Below are positions 23,305 through 34,039 of a stretch of 34,039 nucleotides of DNA, piece by piece. The notes under the pieces are model-generated. The model worked only from the letters and a program-made list of their open reading frames with translations, had not been told where the DNA came from and ran no database searches. The stretch spans positions 62,001 through 96,039 of the forward strand of contig JYFJ02001299.1 of the NCBI GenBank assembly GCA_000934665.2, written 5' to 3'. The translations under genes and the position numbers were made by a program. The stretch's first letter is position 1. Each line of letters begins with the position of its first letter. Source of the stretch: Catajapyx aquilonaris (lineage: Eukaryota).

Positions 23305-26300
23305 ATCTCTCGTCAGCGAGCTGGCAAGATTCAGCCGGAGATATAGATATTCATGCAGTGTAATAGGGGCAGTGGTTCCCTGGAGACCATTCGTCTTTTG
23401 CACTTCACTTGCCCCCTAATCTAATCTCCCCTCCCGAATGTGTAACTGAATTAAGTGGCGGGCGTTACTTTGTCAGAAGCTAGGGAGAAATTTTTACCAG
23501 CTTCCTGGGCAATTCTGCTGATTTATGAAATTTTCCTACGATTTTTATGACGTCTTCGATCATATCTGGGGTGGTTTCTCTTAAAGGTCAGATCTCACCC
23601 ATCGCCTTATATAAATGCCACCCACTCCGGACAACCCATTGCGATAACTGAGGGCGATAAGGAGGTGTTGAAGAAGCCGTGAAATAAGCAAATATGTAAG
23701 TAAATAAACAAATTTATTTGCATTCGACGCCTTTTTGTGCCCATGGAAACAGGCCTTTGTTCTCACATACCGATCAAAAATAGATCAATTGCGATCAAGC
23801 TAGTTTAAAAACCCTGCTGAAATTATCTTGACGTAAATAGTATGTCACTCGAATTACAAATAGGTGAAGCAGCCTTTTACCGATATTGCGACCCTTTGTT
23901 ATCCGGAGTGCAATTAACCCGCGTCAATTAAGTGATAAAGTAGTTTCACAACACCATAACTTTTTCACAACTTCTACCATTAATGTTATAATTAATATTT
24001 CATAGAGTCCTTTTCGCCAAAAGCGCTATGCATTATTCATATTAATTTTAGTGCCGAAAATGAAAGCCAACGCTTTCCAGAGCACCGTTCCAGGCAGGAG
24101 AGAAAAATAAATGAAGGGGAGTTAAAAAAGTTGTTGGCGCTAGATTGAACCATACATAATCCAAACAAATAACATTTCATTACATATTGGACACTTTTTT
24201 GCCCACCAGAGTTGAACTCGTTTTGCGACCGCCACATTCCGATTCGCTCCTCCCAAACGACCTCAAAATTTACTTTACAGACTTTTTTTTTTCCTCGCCA
24301 AAAGGAAACGTCGCAAAAAAAAGAGAAAGTTTGGGAGTCCGTCCAGAAAAACCGTAGTTGGTTCACATCCTTTTCCTACCCAATAAAAGTCGGATGTAAA
24401 CTTTGCGACAAACCTGAGTACCGCTATATTACGGACCCCCTTCCGCCTAATGAGGAAATCAGTCCACCTTCCTCCTAATTAAAATTGCAAGAGGATGCCA
24501 AAGTGAAAATTTTAATTAACCGCAGGCTGCATAAGACAGATGAGGCTTAAAATAATCCTTGGTTTTATTTCTCCCTCATAAGGCAAGCGTGGCAATTTTA
24601 CGAGCCGAGTCGCAATCATTTGGCGAAACTAAAACACATGGTTTTTATATCCACACAGCAGAGTGCAACGAAACTTTTAAGCGTAAAATAGTCCGAAAAT
24701 ATCGCACGTTACTGCTGTGATTTATAAGCAGAATATTATGCAAGCGAGTGATTTAAAGTGCGTGCCATATGGTGCCTTCTGGATTTAAAAAAAATATGGT
24801 CCTAGCAGGTTTTTACCCACGAAAAAAAAGCAGTAGTGCACAAAAATGATAGAATATTTATTCGCAATTTTGCGAATTAAAAAAAACCATATTATAATTC
24901 TCCACAGCATCCGCTCGTTAAATATTAAAATTCGGCAATGCGAGCTTTAAACAGATAGGATCGCTACAGCTGTATATGGAGCAAATGCGCACAAAAATCT
25001 GATTCTGTAAAAGAGTGACAGAATCCGATGTAATAAAGTGAAGACTCGACATTTGTATCATTTATCTTCGGCTGAGCTGGCTTGACAAGAAAGTGCGGGC
25101 ACGGTCCTAATCTTCTTACTTGTTCTTAACAGCTTTTAGAGACGTTCCCGGAGAATCAAGGCGAGAAAGTTTCCTCTTAGTTGGGTTTTCAAAACGGTCA
25201 AAATGAATAATCCGGTCGCGGTTTTGCAGCGAGGCTTGAAACAATGGGGCCCTAATTGCGACTTAAATTATTTTTTTATTTCTTTCGAAGCTCCTCAAAA
25301 TTTCTATGCAGGATCTAGGTCGGTTGGAATCAAAACAAATTGAGGTCGCGACTAAACAACATGCGCATATTCCATGTGCATCAATTAAAGTTGGGAATGG
25401 AAGACTTTGGGTCCATCATCCTCTGTACCACGCCAGTCAAGAGGGCAGCACTGGTGAAAAAAACGCGTAGTGTAACATGGCGGGGGGTTGTGCCCCCGAA
25501 TTCTACTCACAAACAAACTTATTTCGTGCTAATGGAGGTTCCTTTGTGCCAACCCTGCCCCGGATTTCAGTCAGAGCCTAGGACTCGTGGATTTGGAAAA
25601 AAAAACTACTTGCACAGGTGACACCGCAACGCTCTGCTTTGTACCTGCTCATTTCAAAGAGTGAAATAAATTGCTAGGTACGCGGACTGGAAAAGGGGCG
25701 CCATTTCTGCTTTAGAGACATGATGTTGCTTTTTTTTGGGTGCAACTTTTAGCTAAAGGCTGAGTCATTTGTAATGCAAATATATGCATACACTGCTTGC
25801 AGTCACTTTTCAATTTTGAACAAAGTTAGTAGAATATGAACTTTAATTTGAGAATCCTGATGTTTCTTGCTAACAAAGCAGTGTTTGAGCGCCTGTAAAA
25901 TATGCGTAGTGTAACACAAGAGAGCTTCATAGGTTAGCGGCCTTCCAGGATGAATCGTACAAAAGCAAGTCCCTGGCATTCCATTGTGGGCTGATGACTT
26001 GATGGCGACAAAGGAGAAACGATCGCTCACTATCACCGAGTCTGTTGCGACGAGGTCCAAAGCAGGAACAAAGCCGGAATAAGATCCTGGCGTGTTATGC
26101 GGATGGAGCATCTCGAAAGGCGTCATCCATTACTCCAGCTCTACCCCCAGCACTGAAACATCTCAGACCGTGCCAAATCCAAAGAGAGTCGGGGACCTGG
26201 GTATATATATAGATAGAGAAGGAAGGAGGGCCCTGGGTTGCATTTGACAGGCCAGACTTCCCCGTCAAACAGACGGATTAGTCCGGAGAGAGCCCGGCGC

Positions 26301-26930
26301 CATGTCGCCTGTCTATCACAGGGTATGGGGCTTGCTGGCTCACTAATACATTGTCAGATGCATTCTGTCACATCTTTATATTTACTACCAGGAAATTGGC
26401 GCCCAGGCAACAAAAGAATTTTGCTTTCGTGCATACACACACCTTGCGAGACGGTGAGCCGAATAATAATGGGCTGGAATTTTTTCCCCCTTTTATTCAA
26501 CCAAGCTTGTGAAAAAGGCAGGATAACGACCGTCTCTGAAAAGAATCCAATATTCTTTACATAAATATTGCTATAATATCAAAATGGCCCATTATGTCGC
26601 TAGGAAGAACCATAATCTCTGCAAATGTATAAAATGGTTGAAATGCACAAAAAAATAAAGATTCACTCTCCTTCCTTTAAAGTCGAACGATTTAATGCCA
26701 AAAAGTTGTCCAAACCATCTTTACTTCATGGGGTCGGACAGTCCCAACAGGACAAACTTCTGGACATATTTTGCGGGCCTGTTTTATTCCGCTCCACCCT
26801 ATAGATTCACTGGGGGAAAGGAAATCTTCCGAAAGTCGTATATATCTGAAGAAGCACAAGGAGGGGGTCTCCATGCATTTGGTGGTAGGTGCGTCAGTTG
26901 GCGAACCTCAAAAAGAAATTTTTTTTCCCT

Positions 26931-26932
<2 letters not shown>

Positions 26933-26964
<32 letters not shown>
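26933..26964. repeat. (CT)16 microsatellite
   Basis: Read directly. Confidence 0.95.
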
Positions 26965-26968
<4 letters not shown>

Positions 26969-29900
26969 TTGCTTTGGCCAACCAGCACGCTCTTCGTCCA
27001 TCCCAAGCCTAACGATCCGTGGGGAGATCAATTTCCCGCAACTATGACAGGCTTTGGGGACTAGCCTGCCCCGCTACTTCTTTGGGCCTTTTTATGTAGA
27101 GAGTAGCCAGCCAACTGGTAAAGGTCCGCAGGATTTGCCTCCTGTTATCAAAGGTGGCCATTAACTCATTTCAGCGGTTTCGGGTCAGTCCAAAGGCCAT
27201 AGGGGGAAAAAATGTTGTAAACTTTAGAGCCTCGTATATACTTCAGAAGAAAGCACTTTAGAGGGAAGTCCGTATTATCAATACCTGACTTTGAAATTTT
27301 AAAGTGAAAAGCTGTAACGTTTAGTTAAAACATGACTGCAATGTAAAACTATTTTAACTCGTCCAGTGTATTTCCTGTACATTAATTTGTTTAAAATTAC
27401 TGGCTATGTGTACAGAGGCAAAAATGTTACTTACTGTATACACAGTATAAGCTACTTCAAAAAATTATATGGTTTATTAACTACATACAGTACTGACGAT
27501 TACATGTGCAACTAATAAATTAGCTTATTTAATTTAGCTAAAATGAAAAGGGGTTCGTTTGTTGCGCTTGTTGATTTTGGACACGAGTTGTTATTCCCAA
27601 GAGTCCCTCAAACAAATCTGTGTTTTTCCATTGGCAAACAATCACGATAAGCGTATTTACACCAACAGTGTTTGTCATAATTTTTTACTATAGAGTAACG
27701 TTTACTCTTGTTCAAGTTGTCACAACACATCGGCCAGAATTTAAACCGTATATTGATTTAAAAAACACCATTTCTCTCATTCAGAATAATAAACATGATT
27801 ACCAGAAAAAAATAGGAAGGAAAAGCAGGGGCCCCCGCTCGATCGACCAATTGGTTCCAATCTCGTAGCAACGCTATAAATTCAAGAGAAGCTTAAGGTG
27901 ACGAGGTAATCAGTTTTCCAATCAGTGGCGGCGAATCTCTTTAGCAAGAAAAAAAGGAGCAAAAACTTGAGATGGTGTGGAGAGAAAATATACTATCTTA
28001 CCCTTTGCGCTCAACCGAATGGAAAATTGTAAAATTGTGGCGACGGATGGAAGAAGTAGATTAAGGCCTTCGATATGAAGCTCACCGTAGAGCTGCACGT
28101 CCTTATTATGTTCGCTGGATTCATTTCATTAGGATTCCACGTGGCGGGGATTTTACGGCGACCTGGACTTGGGATTGAAAGTATAAAAATTTATATAGAT
28201 ATAGAGAGAAAAAGGTCGGACCAAAAAGCGCTCATAAATGACGTTTGCTTCAATTTTATTTTGGAAATGTAAAGCAATCTTCAAGTTCAAGATACTAAAT
28301 GAAAATGTCAGTCATCTAGATGTTATTACGATAAGTAGATACCATTTCATTCTCATATGCCTTCAGTATCCATATGATATGATAAATAACATTGGCAGGA
28401 AATTCACGAAACATATGCGTCATGGATATGGCTAGATGTTGGTGTGAATGTGCACTGACCTAATTAGATGATATATATAATTGCCTAATAATAATTTAAT
28501 AATTAGTGTATGCATGAATGTAATTAATATATAATGCAATACTGTTGTGTGTATTTATATTAATAATTGTGCGTAGTAACTTCAAATTTTCAGATCATAA
28601 TAAAAGGCTTTTACAAATAACAATGTTTCTGAAGTTCGATATTCCGCAGTACTGTGTACTACATGAGTTCCATGGTGTTTCAATAACTTTCATTAATGGG
28701 AATTGAACTGTTACAAACTCTACAATAATCAAGAGAATTGTTTGAATCAACTATACACAATAATTAAGTGAAGTTGAGCACAAAACATTAGGCTACTATT
28801 ATTATTCGCAGATCAAAACCACTCACATTTTGTTAGTTGCCAAAATAATTATTCAGATTTCAACAAGATCATGATAATTATATGGTTGATAATGTTTAAT
28901 TACACGTATTTTAATTTTGACTTTTAGAAATTAGACATTGTTGAAACCCCATTGTAACTCTGCCAACGTTTCCTCTGCATGATCCTGCACTTCAGTAGGG
29001 TAGGTTACTGCAGAAGTATGCAAATTAACTTATTATCTTAATGAATTCCTTGTATGTTCTGACATTATCATGCAATCATGCATGTATTCATTTCCATTTC
29101 GCGTATGTAATGCAGATCAATGTTTATGTTCGCTTTCGCAACAGTGGCTCAGCAGAATTTGCCCCTCCACTCCCACCATATAAATGATAACATGCTAAAA
29201 TTAGTACCTAAGCACCCGCCCAAGTTCTCAAGATGCAATAACACTTGAACTATATAAGAGCCGCATGTTATCTCTAACGCTCGGCCGACTTTCTAGAGCA
29301 ATATAACACATTTAATAAAACTATGAGGCCACATTCTTGTTTAAAAAAAAAAACTTATTTTCTCCTCAAAAATGAATATCGACGCTCCAAATAATTAAGG
29401 CACCAGTTTCAATATCTAAGCTGGCACGAAAAATTTCTTTCTCCTTCCCTCGACTCTCTCTTTCTCTCTCTGGAATTAATCAAGGAAGGGAATCCGGCTG
29501 TACACACCCTCTGTAATAATCCGCGAAGAAGCCTTGTCAGCAACCCCCCCTGAAACCCCTCCCCACATTTTCATTTCCAAGGCGTTCCCTCGTTTTGCAG
29601 CAAGTCGAGGCAATTCTTCAAGCTCTTTCCAGCCTGCAGGTGGTCGAGGTTCTCAAACCCCACCCAAGATGAGCTTTTTTTTACCCAGGGGTTCTTCTGG
29701 GGTGTAGATTCCTTCTCACTCTTTCCCTTTTCCCCCCCTCAACCACGATTCATTCCTCAATTTTTTTAAAGGCTCGCCTCAGGTATTATCTGGCAGCGTG
29801 ACGGTTCATCACCGTCCTCAGAAAAGCCTGTGATTACGCCAGGACTCCGTCATGATTGCATGCATAATGAAATTGGAATTATTTGCGCCTCAGAAAAGTA

Positions 29901-30729
29901 GCACGCCCTACATTTTAATATCATTAGAATACCTCCCCCTCCTAGTTTTCCAAGATGGTTGTTGTGTTTGATTGCTGGCTCGTCAGAAGATTTGTTGCAA
30001 TGTTTGCCTTCGTTGCTGATGGTGTGCAACTTGCCAGGTGATTGAAAACTGAATTTCTCGTCTGATGTAACCACTGTGTCGCAAACTCAGAACGACGGGA
30101 GACTGCGAAATGAAGCCGGCTTTTCCCTATATAGGAAAGGCAGGAAAATTATGTCTAGAATCTTGCGGGGCCTTCATAAATCTCGTCCTGTCTCCGAAGC
30201 GGACTCTAATTCTGAGCGCGAACGAATACACTTCAAAAGTTTATGGGTTTTCCAAAATCAGTTTTCAAAATGGACTCAACCCCCGCCAAGCCGACTATTA
30301 CATGCAGTTCGTCTTGGTCAATGGGAATAAGACCAAACTTCTGGCAAACCTAGAGAGTTCTCTCTGTACTTTTTTTATTCACAGAATTTGCAGTCGACTG
30401 GAAACAAAAGGGGGCATGCATCTGACAGGTCCCTCCATAGGAAGTCCTCTGCAGTCAGCAATTTTTTTTGCATAGACCTACAATCCACATCAGACAGTGT
30501 ACAGTGTACCTGCTGTACCACACGAAATGTTTCATTCTAGCTCAGCAGTCTAGCTATGGTACTGTACATCAAACTTTGATTTGAAATTATTATTGCTTCC
30601 TACAGTAACGTCAATATTTCTTCATATTGAAGAATTCGTGTCCCAAAAATGCTTTTAGCGATAGGCAAATGATTACAGTACAGATTGACTACAAAAAAAA
30701 CACATTAACTGCGCCAGATTTCACTATAC

Positions 30730-30798
30730 CTGCTGTTGCACTCGAGGTTATTCCAGTGGGTAACCGCACTACTTCACAGCACACAGACCAGGACTTAC
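30730..30798 (-). other. putative 69-nt cryptic RS-exon / microexon
   Basis: Runs from the acceptor at 30799 to a weak donor CAG|GTATAG (GT at 30729-30728). Its length is a multiple of 3 and it is open in one phase only (KSWSVCCEVVRLPTGITSSATA). Confidence 0.3.
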
Positions 30799-30827
30799 CT
30801 GTAACAAAGAGGGGAAAAGAGAATTAA
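30793..30827 (-). promoter_or_regulatory. candidate recursive splice site (ratchet point): 3' splice site fused to 5' splice site
   Basis: Minus strand reads TTAAT-TCTCTTTTCCCCTCTTTGTTACAG|GTAAGT. This gives a branch-like TTAAT, a pyrimidine tract of about 20 nt with no AG, the acceptor AG at 30800-30799 and the consensus donor GTAAGT at 30798-30793. Confidence 0.7.
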
Positions 30828-33282
30828 TTATCACAGTGATTAAAAGCCTCGCAACTGTGGACGCTTCATATCTGTGCTTCCTTCACGTGTATAAACATTT
30901 GATCAGGTTTTACTCGTAGGTGTAATTAGCCGGTTCATTTTATAGCATGCTCCCACCGATTGTTGCGCAGTGTAAGAACATTTGTTCAGAGCCTTTTGTA
31001 TCACAGTCTGTAACTTAATTATTGTAGGTATTACAAAATTCACCGCTTGTTTGTAGGGAAAAAATTCATGGCCGTCGTTAATTTAGGGCAGACCAAAAAT
31101 TGGCCCACAAAAGTGTGGGCCCCTTTCCCTCCTCCCCACTTCTCCTCCTTTTTCTTTATAATTAAAAAACATAAATCCGCTTTCGCGCCGTATCCAGAGG
31201 GCGTTAATTGCAGCAAACATGGCCGTTCCGAGCCCCGCAAAAATTCCATATCTTATTCATGAGCCCCCCCCTCCGAAAATTTTCCCCAAGGTGTTCGAAC
31301 CGTGTTGAAAAGACGGGGGAAGGCCCGGTGCTGCTTGTCTTAATGAGAATTCCTTGAGCAGAGAAAAGAAGCTGTCTGGTGGGTATACCCCCTTTTCCAA
31401 CTGGAGTTGTTGCTCACCCCAGCAATCCTTCTTTTTTTCCCCGTTTCAACCGAAAGCAAAGCCTCGCTTAATGCCGCTGTTTTCATTTGCATATCGGTCA
31501 AAATGGTTACCGGCAGGCGGCACCACCCGAGGATGGAAATAAACATCAAAATGCAAACTCTCTCCCTATTTTCAGCATTAGTCTGTTTTTTTGTGGGGGA
31601 GGGAGGCGACGGAGGACACATTTCCTGCGAAGGCGACGTCATCCTTCCGCTAATCCACAAAACCACCAATCCCAGCACTTTTGATAATTCATCCGGAATA
31701 TTATGCAAATCCTTTCCATTCCTGCTGGGTGCAGTCGCGGGAAATGTTTTCGCCAAGTTTCCACCCCCGCTTTTCTGCACTCCCACAAGTCGGGTGTTTG
31801 CACTGGGCTCCGTGGAGACCCGCAAATTGCGCTACCCGGTTTCCAGGAACACCCTAAAAAGACTATGATTTCAGAGAGTTGTACGAAGATGGGTTCGGAT
31901 TCAAAGTACTCTCTTCCCCCCCCCCCTTTCCAACCCTTTTGTTGATATTACCCAAATTGCGAAGTTCGAAGTGCCATATTATTTGTACATAATCACAGAA
32001 CTTGAAAACCAAAAGCTGCCAAGGTTTCGGCATGAAAATAATAATGGAAAAATAAGGTGTCATCGTGAAATCTTTGAAGGAATAAAAATATTATTTTACT
32101 AAGATGCGTAAATTTTTGGTCATGTTGATACAACTGTTTTATCCCGTAATTGCACTCAGGTGAATATTTCATTCACATACGTGTACATGCAAAATCGGTT
32201 TTTTTTGCCTGCTGAAATGTGCACTCACAAATCAGCTAGATATTTTTATATTCGCTTATCTGTATGAAACCTTCTGAAAATTCATTCACCTTAGTGAATA
32301 GTTTACGCACATTAAGTTTTCAGTGTGTGAACCTCATTATTATTGTGGGAAGCATTTGTAAAATTTACATATTGTTAAATATATTTTGCTTCTCTGAACC
32401 TCTTTCCGCCAGTTGCGAATATCTGAATTTTGCGAAAATAAACCCGTCGGTATACCAAGCAAAATCTTCAAACGATTTCTCTCCTTCGTACAGGTCACAA
32501 CAATGCCCCCCCCCCCCACCCAGCCAGCCAGAGAGACGCTTACAAAACCGGGCAAAAACAATGGTTTTCCTCCCTCCAGCATGTTCCCTGCACATTTGCA
32601 CAAGTCGGACTAGCAAGCCATAAAACATGGTGCTAAATCGGTTCGCATGCTACACGCTGCACATTTGAATCAGTTAGTCCGCTCGGCTGATTCCGTCCAT
32701 ATTATACTCTAGCAGCCCCTCCCCAACCAGTACATCCCCTAGAGCTAGCATTAGTAATCCTGCATCCCTCACCCCCCACCCAGCTCCTCTTCTCCGGCAG
32801 CACATCTAAATTAATTCACGGGGACGCCTTTCAGAAGCGGCGCTAAAAGACGTGCCGTGCTATTCCCTGATACAATCCCCCGGTTCAGTAGGAATTCATC
32901 TGTATGCCGGGGCGCGTTCTGGCGGCTTGCAGCACAGGCAAAAAGGAAAGAAGGAGGCTGCTGGAGGAGGACGGGGGTAGGTTGGAGAAGAGAGAGAGAG
33001 AGAGAGGTTTTACTTGCCTGTGTGAGAAATGACTTGTCACGCGTGCATCCTCAGAGTACCGGAGTGAGATCCCAATGATGGAGAGTCTCGCTTCACTTTA
33101 CCAGCCTGCCCGACAATCTGCTTTATCATAGAGATGTCTAACGGGAATTTTATCTTTTTAAATTTTTTTATGGGATGGAAAGGCCTGCAGGGTAAAACGT
33201 TCGTGTGGTAGAATGTTATTTAAAATGATTATTTATTTAGCAGGTGAAATTATAGCAAATTCTCATGATTAGTTAAAATATA

Positions 33283-33520
33283 CAGGGTGTTTCAAGTGGG
33301 TCAATCTTAGTTATCATTTACATCGTCCGAAGTAGTTATTTTCTGTAGCTTGTGTGCCCCGATCCAGGAGCAGCAGTACTATCCGATGCTCGAATGTAGC
33401 AGTTTCAATAGCATATGGCACGTGAATCGGGGCACAACAAGCTACAAAAAAATAACAGCTTCGAGCGTTTACTGAAACTAAAAGACCCCACGAACTTGGA
33501 ACCTTGCGTGGAACACCCTG
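33283..33520. mobile_element. Tc1/mariner-type fold-back MITE (238 bp)
   Basis: TA target duplication (33281-33282, 33521-33522) and termini CAGGGTGTT / AACACCCTG. Long imperfect inverted arms, e.g. CGAAGTAGTTATTTTCTGTAGCTTGTGTGCCCCGAT (33328-33363) versus ATCGGGGCACAACAAGCTACAAAAAAATAACAGCTTCG (33426-33463). Confidence 0.9.
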
Positions 33521-33722
33521 TATACGTTAATTGATTTATTCAGGACAGTCTTCTTTTGGTACACCTTGTATATGTGCACAATGTGAAAAAAAATGTTCGC
33601 TATAAACATACATAAATTATTCTGGAATTATTTTTGGTATACTGCCTGAAATCCTGGTTGCGAGAGTTACATGAATCAAAAAAGCCCAGTTTTATGCGAT
33701 TATAAATGGATAAATGGAAATT

Positions 33723-34039
33723 ATGGATGTGTGTGACTGCAAGAATTATCGTGGCATTAGTTTGTTAAGTGTACCAGGGAAAGTGTATGCTAAGGTTTTG
33801 ATAGAAAGAGTTAAGAGGGTCACAAGTCAGAGAATACTGAATATTCAGAGTGGGTTTATGTCGGGTAAGAGTTGTGTAGATCAGATATTATGTATGAGAC
33901 TAGTGATAGAAAAGTATTTAGCTGTAAACAAGAAGGTTTTTGCTGCCTTTGTAGACTTAGAGAAAGCATATGACACAGTAAGTAGGGAAGGTTTGTGGGA
34001 AGTTCTGAGTCTCTATGGAGTGAAGGGCCGCCTGTTGGA
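33723..34039 (+). mobile_element. 5'-truncated non-LTR retrotransposon (RTE/RTE-X-like), reverse transcriptase N-terminal region; continues beyond the window
   Basis: Stop-free 105 codons: MDVCDCKNYRGISLLSVPGKVYAKVLIERVKRVTSQRILNIQSGFMSGKSCVDQILCMRLVIEKYLAVNKKVFAAFVDLEKAYDTVSREGLWEVLSLYGVKGRLL. It carries the LINE RT motifs NYRGISLLS..GK, QSGF..G.SC.DQI and FVDLEKAYD.V.R..LW. An in-frame TAA at 33711-33713 and no upstream endonuclease region indicate 5' truncation. Confidence 0.95.

Noticed and set aside
3805..28003. Isolated minus-strand donor-like motifs (near 3810, 7773, 9572, 28001)
   Set aside because: None has an adjacent pyrimidine tract or a convincing upstream acceptor and reading frame. 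Such motifs are expected by chance.
6914..31121. Short perfect hairpins (6914-6950, 10206-10232, 31102-31121)
   Set aside because: Stems of 8-9 bp are expected at this frequency, and there is no terminator, histone stem-loop or Helitron CTRR context.
477..33078. ORFs in the supplied six-frame track as genes
   Set aside because: All are 185 aa or shorter, many use non-ATG starts, overlap on both strands, show no recognisable domain and often derive from microsatellites or homopolymers.

Overview
This is a eukaryotic (animal, most plausibly arthropod) genomic window that is almost entirely non-coding. None of the supplied ORFs resembles a protein family I recognise; many are translations of microsatellites and homopolymer runs. 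The only recognisable coding sequence is a 5'-truncated RTE-type non-LTR retrotransposon reverse transcriptase fragment at the right edge (33723-34039, +), absent from the ORF track. Other supported features are a Tc1/mariner-type fold-back MITE (33283-33520), a hAT-like MITE (286-448), a minimal Tc1/mariner-end hairpin (8540-8579), a palindrome-cored minisatellite with a 34/39-bp higher-order structure (16888-17134) plus a solo unit at 23278, a diverged ~120-bp tandem duplication and several microsatellites. The most informative signal is on the minus strand at 30793-30827. There a strong polypyrimidine tract and CAG acceptor directly abut a perfect GTAAGT donor, the signature of a recursive splice site (ratchet point). 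A weaker donor 69 nt downstream would define a frame-preserving cryptic microexon. I infer that at least this part of the window lies inside a very long intron of a minus-strand gene whose coding exons are outside the window. There is no CRISPR array, rRNA or tRNA.
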